NCBI RefSeq assembly: GCF_011745625.1 | Contig: NW_027191457.1 | Span: 186,001-250,000, forward strand | Direction of reading: 5' to 3' | Length of the DNA: 64,000 nucleotides | DNA from: Cladosporium halotolerans | Taxonomy: Eukaryota | In this document: one piece after another, positions 58,019 through 64,000 of the stretch | How positions within the stretch are numbered: the stretch's first letter is position 1 | Layout of the letters: every line of letters begins with the position of its first letter | The notes under the pieces: model-generated | Seen by the model: only the letters and a program-made list of their open reading frames with translations | Databases searched by the model: none | Told to the model about the DNA's origin: nothing | Translations under genes and position numbers: made by a program

Positions 58019-59955
58019 GTTGCCGTAGCGCTGACCGATGAAACAATGAATTAGACTCAGGAACTGCAGTCAAACGTCTCAGCTGCTGTGACACTCGAAA
58101 TCAGGAGAGCCGGGCTCTCTCACCAGAAGTCCGACGTTCGCATACTGCTCGCCACCACTACGAGGTCGGTGGAGAATGGCCACACCGTAAGAGAAACCAG
58201 TGCATGTCTGGCGTCAGCACTAAAGCAATAAATGTTAGGAAAAAAGGGGGGGGCCGAGTGGAAAGGCCTTGGCGCTCTTGCCCACGCATCTTGTGCTGCA
58301 CACTGCTTTGACCGCACGAGCACAAAAGGCGGTATTGCTACCAAGTACCGAACAACACAAGCAACTGATTTTAGTGCCGGTAGGAATGCAAAAGCAACAA
58401 AATGCGGTGTCACTTCAGCCTCAGAAAATGTCATCATCACCCCTGTCAGCCCTGCATATGTAAGATAAAAGGTTGCCTTGTCGTGGTTGCCTCGTCCAAG
58501 CCTTTGGACTGAGGCCGCAACACTGCGTCGAGGACCCAATTAGCGATCCAAGAGGCAGGAGAATGCTGCGTGGAGGCACCCACGTCCTTAGACGACATGC
58601 GTCAACCCCGCATCAGGTGCAGGTCAATTACAATGGCCACCACGCGCCTCTCATGCATCCCCTTGCGGCCAGCCGTGTGGCCGTCCCATGCCGTGTGATG
58701 GAGTGCATCGTGCACAGGGACAAGCTCCGAATATTTTCACTAACCTTTTGTTGAAGATTGTGGGTCGCTGACTTCGTGCAGCCAGGGTCTCCACCGGTGT
58801 GTGAGTTAAATGCAGTCCAGTCGAACGACTCACCACTATCGCTCACGTGCACACATGGACAGACCATCCTTTAGTGTCGGCCACTGCCAGAAGCCGCCGC
58901 GCCCGCATGAACTCGTCTGTCGAAAGTTTCAGTTGGAACTGGTAAGCGCGCTGCATATCCAACCCTGTCGGAAATTGACGCATTGTCGATCGAATGGCAC
59001 CGCGTTTCGCGTCCCAGGCTGACCGAAAACTTGCACGTCGACGGCAAGTTTTCGATCACGCTCCCATTGCTCTGACTGATAGGTGTAGCGATCCGGCCAA
59101 GCATTCGTGCGGCGAAAGGGGTCTGCAGAACTCAGGGTGTTCTTAGCGCTTATGTGGGTGATCCTTTTCGTTTCGATATTGTCACCCGCCAACCTTGGGT
59201 AGAACTGATCGGCCAGTACGCGATGCTGTAGGACGGACTGGGCACATGTTATGGTGCCTTCACTAGCGTCGATAGGGATCTCGTTGTGCCTCTAAGCATG
59301 GCGTGCGGGAGATGCCTGAGATGCGCTGGCGTCTTCCCGCGGTCAACATCGCAAGACCCACGCGAGCCTCACATGGCTGCGTCAGGCCGAATGCTGTATG
59401 TCTACCGTGCCGAAGTACAGCTCAACGATTTTGACCGCTCGGAAGCAATTGTTCGCTAATGCGGAAATGGACAGAACGATGCCTTCCGTCAGGCGACCAT
59501 AGCTGTTCGAGCGTGAAAGGCATTGCTTTCGCCTGCCCTAGCGTTTCACGCTCAGGACTACAATTGCCAATGTCAGACATACTCACTGGCCCGAACGCTC
59601 GGAACGCAGTGGCCATATGCGTCAACCTGCCGGTACAGCGAGGACCACCTTGCTATTGGGCGCCTATACCGATCGTGTTTCGCCACAAACGTCGCTGGCA
59701 AGTGACGAGTGACGCGAGCATGTACCACCATAGACGACCATTCTGTTGAGCCGTGACGCTCATAAAAGGCCTCAAACGTCTGCTCCTGCCTGTCGCTTCC
59801 ACTCCATTGTCCACATCAAACGAGCCGAATCTACTCGGAATAGGAACAAGGTCTTGCCTTACACCTGCCCTACCTTAACATCTGGGCTAATCCGGAGAAT
59901 ATCCCGCTCGCTGAACCGTCCCAAATTGTCGCTGTTGCAAGTTTCGACTGGCGCA

Positions 59956-60259
59956 ATGCCAAACAGCAAAGGACAATCAGCATCGAACAAAGGATCCAAT
60001 CCTGATGGCAAAGCGGGAACGAGGTCGAGTCATCAACCGATTGAGTCGAAAGGCGTTCCAGCAGACAAGACGGTAAAGTTGCCCATTCAAACCGGCTATT
60101 CTGGCAGCATGCTAAGCCATCAAGATCCCGAAAAGTAAAGATTCGAAAGCCCTGGAGAGCGATATGTTGGAACGCGACAGAATCCAAGCCTGGCTGAACA
60201 ATGACGAAGACCACCTCCAATGTTGGCTCAGCCAGGGCGTAAGCAAGAGATCAAAATGA
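59956..60259 (+). CDS. Putative small two-exon orphan protein (83 aa)
   Basis: ATG at 59956 and a 52-nt intron 60073-60124 (GTAAAG..GCTAAG..AAG) join two frames into MPNSKGQ…ADKT|IPKSKDSKALESDMLERDRIQAWLNNDEDHLQCWLSQGVSKRSK*. Confidence 0.35.
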
Positions 60260-60451
60260 TAATAGTAGGATTCACACTCGGGTCGAGGCAAGCAGCGGGA
60301 ACAGCTATTTCTACCATCGGGGAAGTTGTCCAATTACATTTGACGTTGTCTTTCTTACCTTATCGTCGAGATTATGTTGGAAATACCCAAAGATGCTCTC
60401 CAAAATGTTTAATTAACATAAATGAAAAGAAAAAGTCTCGAATCATGAAAT

Positions 60452-60556
60452 GGTGAGATGGCCGAGCGGTCTAAGGCGCTAGCTTAAGGCAACATCAATC
60501 GATATGTCTGGAATCGCTAGTCCGAAAGGGCGTGGGTTCGAATCCCACTCTCATCA
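60452..60556 (+). tRNA. tRNA-Leu (anticodon AAG) with 25-nt intron (60490-60514)
   Basis: Acceptor stem GGTGAGA/TCTCATC, A-box TGGCCGAGCGGTCTAAGG, anticodon stem CTAGC/GCTAG around TT-AAG-G, long variable arm, T-arm GTGGGTTCGAATCCCAC, discriminator A and a downstream TTTT terminator. Confidence 0.95.
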
Positions 60557-61100
60557 ACATTCTCTTTTGGCCACGTCCCAAGGGTCGATACAATTCTTTT
60601 GCTTCCTGACCTGACGCGAATTTATCAGTATGGCAGGAGCTTTTGGTCGAGCCTTGGCGGTGCTACTTGTCTAGACACGGAATCCTTGCCGCCGGGCTAA
60701 CTTTCTGCCGCTGACGCGAACGCAACATCAGAGACGAAGGAACAGGGGCATCATCAGACTGCTCAAGCAGCCTATGCCAAAATGTTCGGCATATAGCCTA
60801 AGGTTTTGAAAACTTACCATGGGGTTCATTTGCGAGAGATTCGTGATCCTTAGCTACAGATAGCGTCCTCGGGGCCGGAGGGAGCAGCTCAGCGAATCGT
60901 GCTCCCCTAGCCGCCGACCGTGCGAGCCTGATACAACCAGAGTATTTAGCGAATCGCGGTATCGCTCAAAGGCAGCTAACGTGCGGCGCTACGGTGCGGC
61001 TCACTAGCATGAATGACCCGGTTTCGTCTTCCACGGATTCAACGTTACCAATACCGAGGTACGTCAGGACACGAGACACACATTACCCTTCGAAACAGAC

Positions 61101-62474
61101 ATGATGGCCTCGAACGCAACAAATGTACCCGAGCTCCTACCAGACATTCTACTGCATGTGTTTGAGCAGCTCGCCGGTCATAGCGAGACTCTTCTGAATG
61201 TTAGCCTCACTTGCCGTGCCTGGCGTTCACTTGCTTTGCCTTCCGTCTACAAGGTGGTGGATGTCAGCTCCCACAACAATGGGCGACAGCCTCAGTGCGA
61301 GGACGAAGACGTCTGGCCCATGATATACGCAGACTACGACGGCCAATTTCGGCCAGACAATATGTTGCCCCGTCAGCGGGCTTTCCTTCGACTCCTCACC
61401 GACAAGCCCCAACTCGCAAGCTACGTGAAGTCCTTCACATGGACTCTCGTATGGGTAGATGATGACGGGTACGATCTCACAGAGATAGACCGCCAAACTT
61501 GGAGCGTGTTCAGCAAGATGGTCAATGTCACGCACCTAGATCTAGCATCCCTGCACCATGTACACTACGACGAATACGTTCGCCAAAATCCTACAAAGCT
61601 TTTCCCTAAAGTGAGAGACCTCAGGCTCCTGGGATCGATCCACCGCGGCCTGGCCAGAGCCATCATTACGTCGCTCAATCCATGCAAGCTTCGGAGATTG
61701 GATATGGACTACCTCATGGACGAAGGTGCCTTCCCCAATGGTGAGCTCATGAGCGGAGATTTCGCAAAGGCTCACGCTCACAACGCGAGGTCGACCAATC
61801 GAATCCGTGGACGGCCCAATTTTAATGCCACAAGCAGCTCAGATATCATTCACGACGACTTAGTCCTGCGTCAAGAGACTGGACAAGCATTTATCTTTCC
61901 CGGACCCATGTGGCTGCCCCTACATTTTCTTTCAACGCAGGCGCTGGACTCACTTACACATCTACAAGTCAAATTGAGCCCTTTCTCAATGGAGTTCGAT
62001 TTGCGGAACTATCACATGCTGTTTAAACAAACGGCCAGACTTATCGTCAAGGTCAGTCAAAGTCTGGAATCTCTCGTTATCGTGTTCGGACAGGCCCGAT
62101 CCTTGTTCGATGATCGCAGACCTGCAAAAACTGGGCTTCGCTGTGGGACTGGGAGCTTCTTCAGGACAATGTGCTACTACCCATGGTGCGTCAAAATGGC
62201 GCAATTGTTTTTGGAGCAACAGCTCGCTGCGCTGAATGAGAACGCGTTCCCGCGGCTGAAACAAATACGCTTCGAAGGATTCACTTTCCTCAGAGACGAA
62301 CATGAAGCCGATGAAGCTGCATTTGCAGAGCTTTTCCAATCGATTCAGGACTGCAGGTTCAACGGCGCAACTTTTACTGAGATCTCTAGTGAGGACGATC
62401 GACGCAGGTTTCAAGGGCACGATGGTGGCGAGGACAAGGCTGGCGAATTCACAGACCTCCTGTCAAGCAGTTGA
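61101..62474 (+). CDS. F-box-like protein with LRR-like C-terminal region
   Basis: LLPDILLHVFEQL..LLNVSLTCRAWRSLALPSVY F-box signature, followed by repeated xxLxxLxL segments (VTHLDL, VRDLRL, LRRLDM, LTHLQV, LESLVI, LKQIRF). Confidence 0.8.
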   Translation: MMASNATNVPELLPDILLHVFEQLAGHSETLLNVSLTCRAWRSLALPSVYKVVDVSSHNNGRQPQCEDEDVWPMIYADYDGQFRPDNMLPRQRAFLRLLTDKPQLASYVKSFTWTLVWVDDDGYDLTEIDRQTWSVFSKMVNVTHLDLASLHHVHYDEYVRQNPTKLFPKVRDLRLLGSIHRGLARAIITSLNPCKLRRLDMDYLMDEGAFPNGELMSGDFAKAHAHNARSTNRIRGRPNFNATSSSDIIHDDLVLRQETGQAFIFPGPMWLPLHFLSTQALDSLTHLQVKLSPFSMEFDLRNYHMLFKQTARLIVKVSQSLESLVIVFGQARSLFDDRRPAKTGLRCGTGSFFRTMCYYPWCVKMAQLFLEQQLAALNENAFPRLKQIRFEGFTFLRDEHEADEAAFAELFQSIQDCRFNGATFTEISSEDDRRRFQGHDGGEDKAGEFTDLLSSS

Positions 62475-63496
62475 GGACTAATCATATGAGCGGATCGTCC
62501 ATTTCGATGCGGCAGAACGCCCTTGGAACTCTTCAACTTCATGTGGCTGCCGTGTAGACATCTGGCCGAGATTCTATGATGTCGGCCTGCTGTTCACCAG
62601 GAGAAGGCCATGCGTGAGAAGTACTGCGTGCTGTGGAATATGGAGGCTGTCAGAGAAGGCTTGATGTAGTTCCGCTACGCAAGGTTAATCACGTTCTCTC
62701 TCAGTAGGTAGATACCTATGCGGATAGATGTGGAAGTCTTCTGTGCATAAACATACAGCTATTGCTTCTCTTGGCAAGTCGATCCTCGATGTGGCTCAAC
62801 TACGTTCGTCTCCGAAGCCCTCATCTCAGAAACAGCCTATTTAAAGCCTCCATACGTACTGCCTCGATCACCGCTGGGTCACGGCATGTGGTCCACGTGC
62901 CTACGCGTTGCCCAGAGCGCACGGTGGCAGAAGTTTGTGGAGATCAGGACCGTCGGTCCACACAGCAAAACTCGTGTGCGCCACAATTCAAGGGACTTAC
63001 CCCGCATCGCCTCCATCTTCTTTCCACACGGCACTTCCAGACTTCTCATTGATGGAAGAGATTAATGAATCAGGTGACCGATGTTCGTGGCACATCAGCT
63101 GTGTAAAGGCCACAGTACCTCAATCAGCTATTGCAAGAGCCGCATCTGGAACGCCCTTGTACTGGAGAATAGGCCCGAGGTGACCGGAACTCTATCACTG
63201 CTCGGTCGAGTAACGGCTTATGGAAAGCTGAGGGGCTCTGGGTTAGGGCTAACGTTATGTACGAACTTACGTCTCAACCAAGAGGCAAGCAACGATTTTT
63301 TGGCGGTCGCGACTAAGACCACCCGGCCTCCTTGAGCGATCTTCCACTTACATCGCGTACACATCCTTTGATCACTCGTGGCCACTGGCGTGTTGATGCC
63401 GCTGGCCAGCGCATCGGAGGCAGCGTGACACCGAGAACTACAAGCTTTTCTCAGATGCCGACGACACCATCTATGCATTATTCATCGCCGAGGACC

Positions 63497-64000
63497 ATGT
63501 CGTCCTACCATGGCTCAAACGGACATCAAGGAACTCAAGGCTCGGATTCCGACGTCTTGTCTTACACGAGCGATGAAGTCGCCAACCAGGGAATGCTCAC
63601 CGACCAGGTTGTCGGATCCGGTGGCAACGACATGGCTTCGCCCAAGGAGAGCAAAGGAACCCGCAAGACTACGGACCTTTCTTCGATGATCCCTCAGACT
63701 GTCCAGAGCTTGAGTCGCTGGCCGGTTGTCATGGACTCCTCGCCTTGGGCGGCATATATCAGCCAGAACTCCACGCCGCTGACTCAGACGCGGACGAACG
63801 ACGAAGGCGTCACCGATGGCATGGAGGCCAGCGCAGGATCGACTCTGAGTCTGAAGCAGTGCATGGCATTAGTGGAGCGCTACTTGGAGACCTCGAATAT
63901 GGAGAATCCCATATTGGATCCCGTTCGACTGCGCCCGCTGGTGTCGCAAGCGTATCTAAGCAATTTCAGGTTGAGCATAGAGTCATGCCTTGCTCTCTTG
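63497..64000 (+). CDS. Fungal transcription-factor-like protein (Zn2Cys6-family middle-homology-like region), truncated by window end
   Basis: Open frame from ATG 63497 to the window end, absent from the ORF track because it has no stop. Contains IPQTVQSLSRWPV and LVERYLETSNMENPILDP…ESCLALL. No Zn cluster is visible and the true start is uncertain. Confidence 0.55.
   Translation, partial: MSSYHGSNGHQGTQGSDSDVLSYTSDEVANQGMLTDQVVGSGGNDMASPKESKGTRKTTDLSSMIPQTVQSLSRWPVVMDSSPWAAYISQNSTPLTQTRTNDEGVTDGMEASAGSTLSLKQCMALVERYLETSNMENPILDPVRLRPLVSQAYLSNFRLSIESCLALL

Noticed and set aside
58100..59900. Short ORFs downstream of TAZ1 as a transposon relic or pseudogene
   Set aside because: No transposase/RT motifs, terminal repeats or RIP-like AT enrichment recognised.

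Overview
Eukaryotic, intron-containing fungal genomic DNA. It is most likely a filamentous ascomycete, probably a Dothideomycete (inferred from GT..CTRAC..YAG introns of about 50-75 nt and from the gene content). The window is a gene-dense, mostly housekeeping segment with no recognisable transposon or CRISPR array. In order: partial NSE4, an orphan ORF, a divergent pair of PLOD/LH3-type glycosyltransferase-like paralogs, a cytochrome P450, SEC61-beta, a 4-TM protein, a small F-box/Cys-rich protein, a conserved disordered protein, a LURP-one/tubby-like protein, a class I/II aminotransferase, TFA2, MLP1/TPR, an NSRP1-like protein, a maltose/galactoside O-acetyltransferase, BUD4, MRH4, VPS60, APD1, an OB-fold protein, VPS17, MEF2, a NOSIP-like RING protein, TAZ1, an intron-containing tRNA-Leu(AAG), a second F-box gene and the 5' part of a fungal transcription-factor-like gene. 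The most striking observation is the 352-aa OB-fold protein at 48583-49641. It appears to carry both N-terminal motifs of vertebrate shieldin subunit SHLD2 plus an OB fold resembling SHLD2 OB1, so it may be a fungal 'mini-SHLD2'. Exon boundaries were derived by hand, and family assignments come from remembered motifs, not database searches.
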